A DNA stretch of 64,000 bases from Enoplolaimus lenunculus (lineage: Eukaryota). Shown piece by piece: positions 36,201-49,150 of the stretch (the first letter of the stretch is position 1; every line of letters begins with the position of its first letter). The stretch lies in NCBI GenBank assembly GCA_030248215.1, contig JASANG010003345.1, positions 1 to 64,000 of the forward strand, written 5' to 3'. Below the pieces are notes generated by a model that was not told the origin of the DNA, did no database searches, and saw only the letters and a program-made list of their open reading frames with translations. Position numbers and translations under genes: made by a program.

Positions 36201-38161
36201 TGTTCGGTTTCCGTATACATCATTTTGACCAGTGGTCACTATATATCACGCCCCCCCATAATCGGCTTCATACCGTTGATCGGTAAAACTGCTGCTTACT
36301 GGAAAGCAATGGGTATCCTGATATGGAACTCAGTTTTGGCGACAATTTGTGCCAGGTTCCGCAAAATCTTTGGCCCCTTCATTATATACGGCATTGAGTG
36401 GTTCATTGTCAGCAGAACAAGTGTTATTTGAGTGACCAGCCGGACAGGTTTCAATAGTGGTGATATTGTGTGAGCTTTATTTATGCTTGTGGCAGCCTAA
36501 AACTTGAAAAAATTTCTCCAAACAGATATTATATCAGCGTACGCGTTCGAAAGTGTGCAATTTGATTTGTGATAAAAGCTGCGACATCACAGAATCGCAT
36601 ATTCTCTATACGTGTCGCTATTAATAACTCATTTGTAAACTCGGTACGAAACTCGGCGGCGGAGAGATAATCGGAGTCCAAGTTTTGATGGTTGGAGTGG
36701 TTTTGAAATACGTGGAAATATTTTTGGCTTTAAAACGTACTTGGTGCTTTGAAACATAACAAGGGCAAGAAGTGCACACAATATTAAGATCTGCAGTCAG
36801 CAAAACTACAGCTACAAGAAACAAGACATCGATTAAAATGGTTTTCTTGAAAACACTATGAATGGATTACTTGAAAATAACTTAGGCTTAGAAATAGAAC
36901 TGTTATTCCTATGCTGTTACATATAGAAAACCTGTGTGAAAATTTACACTGTTGTGTTGTGTATGCTACCAATAGCGGATTACTAATTTGAACTTAAAAA
37001 TGCAAAATCAAAGGCTAAAATGTATATGCATCAAATTATACACCAACGTCAAAAGTGATACAGTAGGAAATTCGAGTATGAAATTTCGCGGCGCCGCCTA
37101 GACCTGCGGGACCCCCTCCCATGATATATATTAATATAACTATTAAGAGAAATTAAGACAATTTCTGTTCCGCAACAGACATGCATGTAAATGTTATTTT
37201 AATACTTTTTGCTCCAGTTTAAATTATCGAAACTTGACGTTTCGCTACGATACAATACCAATGGTCCGCTGCGTGCCTATTGCATTTCTATGGATTTTCA
37301 TTAACGATAGGTAAACCCGTAACAGCATAATTTTTGCAAAACAATTTAACAAAAATGGGTTTTAAATTTAAATGTTTTATGCGGCGGTTACTGTTCAAAT
37401 TTATAAATTTACAAATATTACAAGCAGGTTACAATTTAAGCAATAAATCATTCTGTGGGCGGACACTTATATATATATATATACATATATATAATGTATA
37501 TATATAACCAGGCATTTGATTCTAATTGTAATGTTAATTCTTGCACCTTAATCGAACACCGGCTATAAATGGGGCTAAAATGACAAGGCTATCGCTGTTA
37601 TTTACCTTGTGATCCGTTGAACACACCTGCTTAAATCAATTATGGAACGATTCTGTATGGCGTGGTTCACTAACAATTTTTAGGTTCTTTTTTCCGGCTA
37701 TTATTACAGGTTCTTGTCAAAAAAAATAATAAAAGCAAAGCCGGTGTAGTGAAAGGTATACAAAATTGGCTACGATTGACAAGTTAACAGTCTAACCTGT
37801 TACCAGTAAAGGTGCTTGGTTATACCAGAACACCTGATGTTGTTCGTTTTTTGTGGCGATCTATGGTTTTATTGTGTTACCTTAAACGTTGATACTGTGT
37901 GCAAATGTTGTCAGAATGAGCATAACACCTAAGCAATACAAAAAGTGTATTCGAGTCAATTTGCTTACAAAAATAATTCTAATCGTCAAAATAATGCTTA
38001 TACCGGAAATTTTGAAACAAATCGTCCCCGTAGACAGCCAGCAATGATATAGGATTCGGTAAAATTTCAAAATTTGCGTAAAAGTTTAAGGACGATAATT
38101 GACATTCTCGGCAAATTCTGGCCTGCGGCTGCATCATGTTTGAACGACGCTTAACAATTTC

Positions 38162-38403
38162 GGCCCATGTAATGATCAGGGGCGGAACGTTGTTCTGTTA
38201 GACTAGAATAGAGTAAGCTTATGGTTTAGACTATTTTTTTGCTTGGCTTAGGCTTAGGCTTCGGCTTATGAATATGCTCATTCTTACGTTTACGCATAGG
38301 CTTGGCTTAGAAATATGCTTATTCTTACGTTTACGCACAGGCTTAGGCTTAGGCTTAGGAATATGCTGGTAATACTGTTCCGCCCCTGTTCTTTACGTTG
38401 GTC
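38162..38403 (+). mobile_element. GGCC-ended TTAGGC-containing MITE (family T), well-preserved copy
   Basis: TIR GGCCCATGTAATGATCAGGGGCGGAAC...GTTCCGCCCCTGTTCTTTACGTTGGTC. Internal GGCTTAGGCTTAGG blocks. Flanks ACAATTTC/ACAAGTTC. Confidence 0.85.
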
Positions 38404-41344
38404 ACAAGTTCAAGGCGGTTCGCGAGTTATGAATTCTTGAATTCACCGGCGGAGACAGTACAGTATCCTACAATCCATAATTATGGGTTTTGAAAAATTG
38501 TAACTAATAAAAATTAACAAGACTAAAATAAGGGTCCATCATATTCACAGATGTGTATAGCAACTATCATCAGATAGTAATTAGTTCTCAAACTCACAAA
38601 CCATTGCAGTTTTTTCCTCAAAACTAGTACAAAAGTAACAGCAAATCATATGCGAAACGTGCTGAATTTTAAGCTTCAGCGTTCACTGGTTTGAAAGTTA
38701 CAAGACACATCATCAACTGGTGATAGGTGCTACACCCATTTGAGAATACGGACCAAGTTCATATGCTGCAATTGGTAAATTTACCATTGAAAACAGTTGT
38801 ATTATTAAAGCAGAGTTAAGAATAACGAAAATGTAACAAAAAAATTAGCTTCGAGTGAACCGCGGAAACTTTCCTCGCTTTTGCTCATTGAAAACCACTT
38901 TGTGAACAGCTTGTCTGCAATTGGCCAAACTTACCGCAGCACAGACCGCGGAAGCTTTCCTCGCATTGGCTCACTGAAGACCACTTTTGAAACGCTACTC
39001 TGTAATTGGTTACACACAAATTTTCATGAGCAATTCAAGTTGGGTTACGGTAGATTGTTTAAAAATTCCATGACTGCTTTAAGCTTATTTGTTGAAAGTA
39101 ACACGCTGCAATTTTGAGAGCTCCTCAATCGAATGACAGGGTACTCGATTGTCTCGATGTTCAGAGTGAAGGGTAGCACGTTCAATAAACACCCGATAGC
39201 TTTAGCTTTTGTCACTGGTTTCCCTTCAGAGTATTTGAAATTTTCAAACTGACAACGGGAGTGTACAGGTGCCCGCGAGGATTGACAAGCGTCATAAAAG
39301 GCTTGTTTTGCATATTAATTGAATATGGAAAGCGAAAGAATTTTGAACTTTATGGTACTGCAATGTATGCGTTTTGTTTATCATTGGCTGGGTTTTTGAA
39401 ATCTTAATTAACTTGTTGATACTTAAAATGTGCGCCTGTCAGTTGCTCGTACGGGGCCTATATTCTTAAATGCGTATTACCACATCCACCAGTTAGTGAA
39501 AGGTTTTCAAACTCATGCGAAATCGTCTAAGTGCGCGGATCACAAAATTTGCACAGAAGTGTATACGTACGCTTAAACGCATTAAAAATCTTACATATTT
39601 TTGGCTTAAGCTAAACTTATTGAACTCTGAGATACACGGATGCACTTGTTACTTAATGCTGACTCACTCTTATTGCCCAGTTCGAGTCTCTGCGGTATAC
39701 TACTGTTGCACCACATAAAGTAACATGGACCCCCATCCCGGTGACATCCACACTATAACTTAGTGTTTCTGAACTCTAGTAGTTATTTTTCTACTTTGTT
39801 TCTACAAATTAGCTTTGGCATTGTAATACATCGTATAAGTTCGATTGAACTTCAGTCCTAAGCCTAAAGGTACACTGTAAATACTTAATAAATACAACGT
39901 AACTATTATATGACACACTTTGATGGATTTTTATCAAATTTATGACGTGATAAAACAAAATGAGGAATGTAAGTTGAAAGCGTAAATGTACCAGGTCAAA
40001 AATTTGACGCCAAATTTTCAAATGACTATGCAGCACCTACTATCAGTTTAGCGATACGGTTTCAAACAACTTAACCATCATAAACATCTGTGAATAGCAA
40101 ATATTATTTCAGCAAGTAAATAACGATAATCTGAGAAACAGAAAAAGTGTAATTTGTGTCGTAACAGAAAAAATACCTTTTCAGCTTTTGTACAACTTTG
40201 CCCCTGCAATTAAGGTTAAGGCTTAGGCTTTGGTATAAGTTAAGGCTCGGACCGAGAAATATGTAAGCCTTGCTGAATTTAAGCCCAAGTTTATATACCT
40301 AACTGTAAGATTATTAAGGGCAAGCCTAACGCCATCGACTACAAAGTGTACAAGAGCCATTTTTAAAAAATAAATGTTTAAAACCAGCACTGTAAATTCC
40401 AATGAGTTTATTAATCAACTCAGAAAACGAATTAGGCGTTTTTACAGTCATTTCTGAGTTAATAACAGTAACATTAACTCATTATGAGCTGATGTAATTC
40501 CGCGTGAGTTTATTGGTTCAGTCATAATGAGGTGAATTCATTCAAAATAACGCGTTCTGAAAGATCTGATTTAGACTCAGTAATTCAACTCACTCTCAAT
40601 AAAATCAATTCACTGGAATTTAACAGAGAGAATAAAACTTAAAATTGTATTATCTGTACAAATACCTTATATACAACAGATCAAAAAGACAAAACTGGTA
40701 TATTTTCACTATGACAAAATATGACGCCCATAGTTTTGATTTGGTCAGACTTGACAAATGACAAAACGCGTACAAACTTGACAGAGTGGAAAGGAACAGA
40801 AACATGATTTGGAACACAATATTAATCTCGTAAATTTGGTTCATCAAAAGACATATTTTTCGGTAGGTGCTTTTACTCGGCACGGGTCAGAAAATGTTAA
40901 GTCCAAATATTTTGGCCTCAAACCCAACAGATGCAGTAGAAATATCGCGTATCATTAATTTGATTTGTATAAACAACAATAACAACAACAAATTCCAAGT
41001 TATGATTAATTTTAAAATTTCAAACTCATTCCGCCGCGAAACTCAAACAAATATTTTGTCCAATTTGGTCGCAAAAATTTGTAAGCTTAAATCTGCAACC
41101 TTACATATTAGGTATTATTAACCGCTAAGGTGGTAGTCAACTCATCATATCAAACAGCCAGCTACTTATTTCGCACAATTTTAACGTGTAAGCCGGTTTA
41201 GCAAAAAACAACCATATAATTGGAACAGGTATTTCTTGGAAATATTTGTATATATATTTGAACTCATTTTTAAATGCACTTTCATGCATAAAGTATACCA
41301 ACAAGTTTTTGCTATGAATAGAAAAATTATTTAAATGGCCCCTA

Positions 41345-41595
41345 CACTGTAAATTTCAGTGAGTCGATTTTAACTGAGAATGAGTTGAATCACTCAGTCT
41401 GAGTTAGGACTATCCGAACTCAGATTTTGAGTTCATTCAATTCATTCTGATTTAATTAATCAACTTACCTAGAGTCAACTCAACTCAGAGTGAGAATTAA
41501 CTCAAATGAGAGTGAGCTAACGTTTACTGATATTAATTCAGAAATAACCAACTCACTAGCTAAATTGATTAACCGACTTATTGGAATTTACAGTG
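41345..41595. mobile_element. CACTGTAAA-ended, TA-flanked MITE rich in ACTCA/TGAGT motifs
   Basis: TA|CACTGTAAATTTCAGTGAGTCG...GACTTATTGGAATTTACAGTG|TA. Relatives lie at about 25382-25628 and 40388-40627. Confidence 0.75.
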
Positions 41596-42812
41596 TATAA
41601 AATACACGTTAAAATTAAATCTTGCAAAACGATTTTCTGATATTGGCCATAATTAGGTAATCTCTGCTCTTCGCAATGTTTACGTTGGATACTTCGTATT
41701 GCCTAGGAATTGATCAGGGAAGGACTGTTTTTCCGCGGCATTGCAATAAAAGAATAAGCTTGGCTCAGACTATTTTTCGCTTAGGCACTTAGGATTACAA
41801 GTTTAGCCTTGTTGTAGGATTATCCTTACGCTACGGCTTAGGGTTAATTGGCGTTCGCAATTTTGGAATCGTAAAACTTAATGCCATGAGAGTGCTAACC
41901 TGTAAATTTATTGACACGATGATGACTGTAAATTACAAAATTTCTCAAAATTTATTCTTGTTCAAAGACAGTGTATAATTTAAAGAATATTGAGTCGTGC
42001 AAATACTTAGCTTTGCGATCGCCTATAAATTTAAAATTTCCGTGATTTGAGAAATGTAAAATTTAAAACTGTCCCTCCAGCCGTATAAAGGACAATGAAA
42101 CTCGATAGCAAGCTAAATGACAATTAAACGCCCAGACAACTCACTGGTTTGAGAAAACTCCGCCTTTGAACTACGGTTACGGGTAATAGTAAACGAATAT
42201 ATACTTTTCAAAGGTATATAAAAGCAAAACGAAGCAAACATAATCACTTTAAAATTTTGTTGGGAAAATTGTTATTCACGGTCAAACATTTGATAATTAA
42301 TTACTCCGGTTTCCCATTATTCGGTTTGGAATCATATAACATCGTTTGAAGTAGTTATAACAAGTGGGTGTTAGGCCTGTTACAAAAATTGGCAGTTGGT
42401 ATTTGTTACCATTTTAAGAGTAAAATTCAATTTTACCGACACGTTCAAAACATATCAAATTACAGCGTTTCAAAACTGTACCGCATTCGGGGCCAGCAGC
42501 GCTATCTAACAGACGTTTCAAAAGTTACCTTTGCTGCATTTAGACAAAAATTTTCACAAGCGCAAGAAAGTAGAGTTCGGAATTAAAGTTTTCCGTCAAT
42601 AAGGAACAAAGCTTTAATTGATATCACGAGAAAGAAAAAGTTAATGTGTAGAAATGTTAAGGATCAGCTTACAAGAACCAAGTTAACAATAATTAGTCAT
42701 TTCCTATTAAGTTTGAAGTAGCGACAAATTTGTCGTAGGAAGTTGGCACAAAAACCGATAAGTTAGAAAAAGACGTTGGCAAAGAGCGATTTCAATTCAA
42801 TAACCCGTTTAC

Positions 42813-43177
42813 CAGGGTGTAACCGGAGGTGAAAATAACGGAGCACGGGTCAGCAAATATATATGCCGGAGCCGCAGCCGGAGGTGATTCGAAATTTGGT
42901 AGTAAAAATGATGGTTAATTAATTTTAGCCAATATCTGCAATATGTTGTTAAGTTGTTTGTTTTTACGCTAATTTTCTGCGAAATTTCAGAAATTCGTTC
43001 CTGAAAATTGTGACAAAAGTACAACGAAATGCGCTAAACAGATAAATTTTACAAAATTATGCAAAATTTTACTACCGAAATTGCCGGAACCTCCTGCAAA
43101 ATTTCTACCGGAGCTGGAGCCGGAGGCTGATTTTTTGCCGGAGCCGGAGCCGAAGGCAGACCTCCGATTGTATCCTG
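42813..43177. mobile_element. hAT-type MITE with GGAGCC subterminal repeats
   Basis: CAGGGTGTAACCGGAGG...CCTCCGATTGTATCCTG with exact TSD CCGTTTAC. An inverted homologue lies at 22714-23060. Confidence 0.88.
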
Positions 43178-46117
43178 CCGTTTACCTTCCATAAACTCGG
43201 CCCTGAAAATATATTACTACCTTGAGCTGTGCAATAAAGCAGCAGGACAGGCTACCGTAACCCTTCTATATACAGCTAATCAGTAATGAATTTGCATAGA
43301 ATGGAGATTCGACTAGTAACCGTGGAACGTCTGCAACTCTTTTAAGGTGATGCTATTGGAGATGTCACCAAAGCCACTCTCAGTGCCATTCCATAGTCCC
43401 AGGGACAACAAAATGAAGAGTAAATGTGATTCTCCCATCCTAGTAGGTCAGATGTTGCTGAATTAAGTTGTTGCAGGGACAGCAGGAAAGTCGAAACAGC
43501 AATGCAGATGGGACAATCAGACATCATTTTCTCAGCAGGCAATGGTCTATTTGCAGATGAGGTACCTCCCAAAATCCGCGGTTAAATCGTGAAAATTTTG
43601 AAAAAATAAAAATTTTACTCAGGATGCTGGATTTGGGAAGATTGTGATTAATTTTATACTTGAGATTTTAGGATATTAGACGCTGCTTTTTTTTCGTTTG
43701 TGATTTTGAAAAATTTGGTTTTTCAAACGTCGCATTTTTTGCCAGTAATTTAGTAAAAATTGAAATGTTACTGAAATTTATTAGGATTTTTAACGTAACA
43801 TGTTTCGGCTAGAATTTTAGAAAATAACGGGTTTCGGGCGTAAATTATTTTCGCTCGAGATTTTTGCTAATTGTAATTTTGGGTGTGACATTTTTCTGCT
43901 TAAATTTATGAAATGAATTTTTTGACGCTACCAGGGTACGTTCTGTTAAAGCTTGCAACGATTACGGTCGATGTGTACGCGTAATGATGGGCATGGAATT
44001 GTGTACCTAATCACCCGCCTTTAACTATTCTTAAATGTATGTGCATCGGCTCCTCGGCTTCAGCTATCAAGCAGCTTTATCTCAGCGGTCATGGTAAACG
44101 ACTTCCACCCAAGAGAGTAGGGCTTAAATCCAAGCTTGAAAACACACGTCAACCGAAGCTGAAAGTGTTCATATTAGAAACGGGTTAATCGTTTCTATTT
44201 TCTAATACAAAGTTTGCTGAAAACATTCACAAAAATAAGTAACGCATACCGATGTAAGAAGCATATACTTAATTTTTACGGATGCGAATAATTTTTCAAA
44301 AACTGAAAAATATTTAAAATTTAAAAATAATCAAAATCAAAGTTTGTACACCGACAATATCCTACAGAAGATCTACGATTAGTAATTTTAAGTCTTTGGT
44401 TTGTCTTAGTATATATAGATGGGTTGAAGTTTACAAGTCACGCAAAATGAGAGTTTGAAACGGAGCACGGATGCGCACACGTGTGCAATGATAATAATGC
44501 CAGAAAACTCGCAGCATATATAACCGTGTATATGGGTAATTTCGACGATGGTAAGCTTTACGGCTAACGGGCAAATATGCTGGTATTCCTAGAACCAGTC
44601 GGCTTTAGGTTTTCACTTTTGGCTATGGATGGCTTTGCGGAAGTTCAAATTGCTCACGAACAGGATCGATTGTCATTCGTCTTTGATTTTGAAATTTATA
44701 CGCATTGATATTATAGAACAAATAAAAACTTAGAATAAAACTATACAGATTGTCTATTTTTCGTGTATGTAATAAGTGTTATGATTGGTTTCATGCTGCC
44801 TGTGATTTGGTATTTATTTAAATTGCACGTAAAGATGAAAAAATAAATAATACCTAAATAAATTAAATAATTAATAATAATAATAATATTAATAGTAATA
44901 TTTATAATAATAATAGCAATAACAAAATATAATTATATATAACAAAACACAATATATAAAGGCAACGACATAATAGTAAATCAAAAGTTAGTTTCATAAT
45001 AAAGACATATGAATTGGCACGGCACGATTAAGCTGGTTGGAGGCCTGAGGCCCATATGACAGACACGTCCTAATTTAAACCTTCATCATATGATTTTATA
45101 AAAACCAGTGAGCAAAACACCGCATTTCGATGAACTAATGGAACATCCACGTTATACTGCACGCGCTACTGCAAAAAATATCTGGCTCTGAGTAACGTCC
45201 GACGTCGTTTTAACACATTGTATTACGAGACTACTATAAACGCCGGTTGTCCATAACGAGGACGTAAGGACATATTGCACTGTGTTCATATAGCATCGCA
45301 AATATACATAACAACAACACAAACACATATATACCCTTATTTATTTTGCTCATTTTTTACCTTTTATCCCGACTCCTTTGGACAGTGTCGGGACAATTAA
45401 TAGTCTCTAGGTACCGCATAAATCTGTACCTACACGCTAGTTCCAGCTTCGATTTCTACACAGATAGCTACCGGGTAGTTGGACAAATTTTTACATTAGC
45501 GCGTATTATAAATGGATGACCCAGAACACGAGGCCGCAAGGCCGTGTCTACCTGGGCTATTCTCAAAAACCAAACTTCAAGTGTTTGGGTGGTGGCGAGT
45601 CAGCAAATCAAGGATTTTTATGGGAAGCTCTGAGGTTAGCCGGCGCCACGTCGATCTATCTTTATAGCCGTTTAAGTCTTTGCGGACCGACTGAGTATAC
45701 CTCGTTGAATCGTCCGCATTCTATATGCATTGTTGATTTGTTAAATGAAAAATACATACAATCTGTAATATGTTGTGCCTCAGACACGTGCGTTAGATAA
45801 TGCACGAGTAGATGATGCATGCTTAATACACAACTGTATGGGAATGGGAACATTTTGTATACAAAAAATGCATCCAGCACGCGTTGCGTTTTTCCCAATT
45901 CTTCCCTTCGTTTTTTCTGACATTGGCTTTAAAGAGTTGGCCGATTCTTTCCATTTTCGCATTCGTGCGTTTAAGATTATACATTGCTCGGTTATGGAGG
46001 CATGTACCCTCGCCCCATAAATGGCGTGGGGTAAAGCAACGCTGGTACATTTTGTGCCATGAATATTCCAGCAGCTTCCATACTTTTATTTAACCAGTCG
46101 TAGTGGGACTACATTTA

Positions 46118-47002
46118 TTGAGCGAAGCTCGAACGCACGTAAGCGATTAGGTAATATGCAAATTAATTGTTAGCCAACTAGTCATTTATCGGTTTTGGAG
46201 GTTTGTAAGCAATTTCCTCAGATTCCTCGCACCCAAAAACCCTTCAGCCACTCTAATAATTTTTGGAATAATTTAAAAAGTCCCAATTTTGTTTTGTCAA
46301 TTAAGCTAATATGCAAATTAGTTATTAGCTAACTATTCAATTATCGGTTTTGGAGGCTTGTAAACAATTTATTCAGATTGTTCGCACCCAAAAACCTTCA
46401 GTAAACCCTAATAATTATTGAAATAATTTAAAAAGTCCTAGTTTTGTCTTGTCAATTAAGCTAATATGCAAATTAGCTATTAGCTAACTATTTAATTATC
46501 GGTTTTGGATGTTTGTAAACTATTTATTCAAATTTCTCGCACCAAAAACCCTCTAGGGCTGAAATTATATTGCTTTTAACCTTAATAATTAGTAAAATAT
46601 TGTAAAAAGTCGAAATTTAGGCTTATAAACTATATATGCTAATATGCAAATTATCTATTAGCTAACTGCTCAATTATCGATTTTGGAGGTTTGTAAACAG
46701 TGTACGCAGATTGCTCGCACCCAAAAACCCTTTAATGCTAAAATTACATTGCTTCTAACTGTAATAATTAGTGAAAATATACAGCTTAAAATTTTAAAAT
46801 CCCAGTGCGAGGTTAAGACCCCAGGATAATTGGCTTTCAAACAAAAAAAGTTTATCAAAATCGGTTCAGCCGTTCCGGAGATTCTTTTCGGACGGACAGA
46901 CGGACAGACGGACGGACGGACATCCACCTTTCGACCCCCAAGTACAAAACATAAAACGCTTCGCGAAACTCCGAGCTTCGCTCGGAGTTTCGCTTCGCTC
47001 AA
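46118..47002 (+). mobile_element. Helentron/DINE-1-like non-autonomous rolling-circle element with internal tandem repeats
   Basis: Inverted ends TTGAGCGAAGC...GCTTCGCTCAA. Four AATATGCAAATTA-containing tandem units. A GGAC/AGAC microsatellite at about 46889-46922. A 3' stem-loop GCGAAACTCCGAGC-TTC-GCTCGGAGTTTCGC. Confidence 0.7.
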
Positions 47003-49079
47003 AGATTATCGACTTTTGGTTAAAGCAAAAAAAGGATGATCACTGTTATAAACAAGAGTATGCAACTGGGCACATTCTTATTGAAAAAATGTAACCCGCG
47101 CTCGTTGCGTTTTTGCCTGGCCTACTCATTTATGGAGGGGATGGGCAAGCCAACTATGCGCAGGCAAGCAACTGCGAAGTGGGTCCTATAATATTTTGGC
47201 GAAGGATTTTTTGCTAATTAATAGTAATGTTCAAGATTTGTTGAACCAATTTTAATGTTGCCACGTGCTCGTCTTAGCCCCAACTATCCGTATATATAAA
47301 ATTCAAACAACCGTGCTACATAACGGTAGCGGTTATATATATGCATAAGTCAAAATCATTAAAGCTCACCACTGGCTAATACAAGGGACACTCCAGCTTA
47401 GACCACTAACCGGGACCAAACCACAATTTTTTGGTAAACTTTAGCACTAAAATTGCGTTAGTTTTGTCTACTTTTAATATCCTCCCATGACCATTCGTTT
47501 TAGAAATTTCTGGATCCACCGCCGTTAAAGGCTATACTCTGAAGCTTCAAAGATAGGCTGTTTTGTGTATATTTGTTCAACTTTTATTGTTGAAATTCAA
47601 CTAAAACTTCAAAATATATATAAGAATAGCACCGTGATGTACGACCTTAGCTGATGGTTTGCAATTAATTAGCCTTAAGGATAAATTTGCGTGCATTCAG
47701 GTCATTTTTGCACTACGAAAGCGCACCAAATCGTACACAACTAAGATGTACATCGCAGCGTGCGTACAAAACGGCTTTGTTCTGCAATTTTCGCGATTAT
47801 TAATAGGATTTTATTCATTCGAAAACTAATAAAGACAGTAATATTTGTTCGCTAGCAAAAAAGCACTTATTTGTCTCGAAAATTTAATAAAATTAATTTT
47901 GTTCTAAAGTCAACTAAACTTGGTTTTTTGAATTGTAAACTTTAATACGCGAATTACTGACGAATTCAAGCTTATTTCTGAACCAGCAGTTCAGCAAAGA
48001 AAAGTATATATGCACTGTTCCATGAACGCTTACTGAATTTACATAGGCATCCAGCGAACGTATGTCAAAAATAATTGTTTGAAGTGGTAAATTTTTACCC
48101 CACTACCATTATACAAGCACTGGAACTAAACCAGCTAGGAAATTTATAAGCCATGGCTTCTACAAAGTATTTGAATAAGCCAAATATCACTCGGGCCAGC
48201 TTACATGAACCACCTATAAAAAATTTCAGCGGCACGCTATTGATAAAAGCTTATAAAATATTAAGGGTTCCCGTGGTATCAATGAAATGTGAGCTGGATT
48301 TGCATCAAGTCTAGTCTTTGAACTCACTCGCAGAGAACACGACTGTTTAGGTGAGACCATACAAATTATTAAGAGACATCGTATAAAAGTTGAAGAAAGC
48401 TGGTATTATTTTCTAAAACATGCATACAACTTCACAATACAGAGTTAAACTTTCTTAGAAAACCCATGGTAAAACTAAACATTTTTTAAGCTGTCGCCAA
48501 AATAAACACTCCCGAAACGAGCTTGCAAGCCGTACGCGCTAGTGTAACCCAAGAGAATGCTAGTTTAAACCAAAATTATAGTAAGACTGATGACAGAACT
48601 TTAAAATTAGCGAAACTCCAAAACTTTTGACGTTCCGAATATATACAAATAGCAAATAAAGACCTGCAACTTTGTTAGCCACATCAAATAACGGTGATTT
48701 GGGCGACCCGTGATATATCACCGAGCGAGAACAGCAAATCGTTTGATTAGGCCTAACTCTGGTAAGATTTTAGTACGGGTGTCGTGTAATCAGGACTGAA
48801 TTCAAACCTAAACGGATATTCAACGATGACAACAACAACAAGAAGAAAGCACAAACTACACGGTCAAAGGTCCGGAAGACTTTCCTCAAAGGAATTCCCA
48901 CCGACTTCACAGGAACGCACAGGGTTGTTAGGAACGGCGGTGACGAACTATAAAGATTTATAGAATTACACAGAAAGCTAAAACTTGAAATAATCGACAG
49001 TAATTGGATTGCAACCGCCACAGTCAGCGCGAAACTTAGAATTCTTCTAAAGAAAAAGTTTGACAACAGTTTATACTTT

Positions 49080-49091
49080 TATTATTATTAG

Positions 49092-49123
<32 letters not shown>

Positions 49124-49150
49124 GTATTATTATTATTATATATTATTATT
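49080..49150 (+). repeat. (ATT)n/(AGT) microsatellite
   Basis: ATT run punctuated by AGT. Confidence 0.9.

Noticed and set aside
36230..36475. Minus-strand coding-like frame with an in-frame TGA (possible readthrough or pseudo-exon)
   Set aside because: It has no recognisable homology, no consistent splice sites or start codon, and no visible SECIS.
39045..39310. Open minus-strand frame of about 85 codons
   Set aside because: There is no start codon or convincing acceptor and no recognisable motif, so it is compatible with chance.
46150..46800. Possible CRISPR-like repeat array
   Set aside because: The units are long, diverged tandem repeats with no unique spacers. The context is eukaryotic and no cas genes are present.
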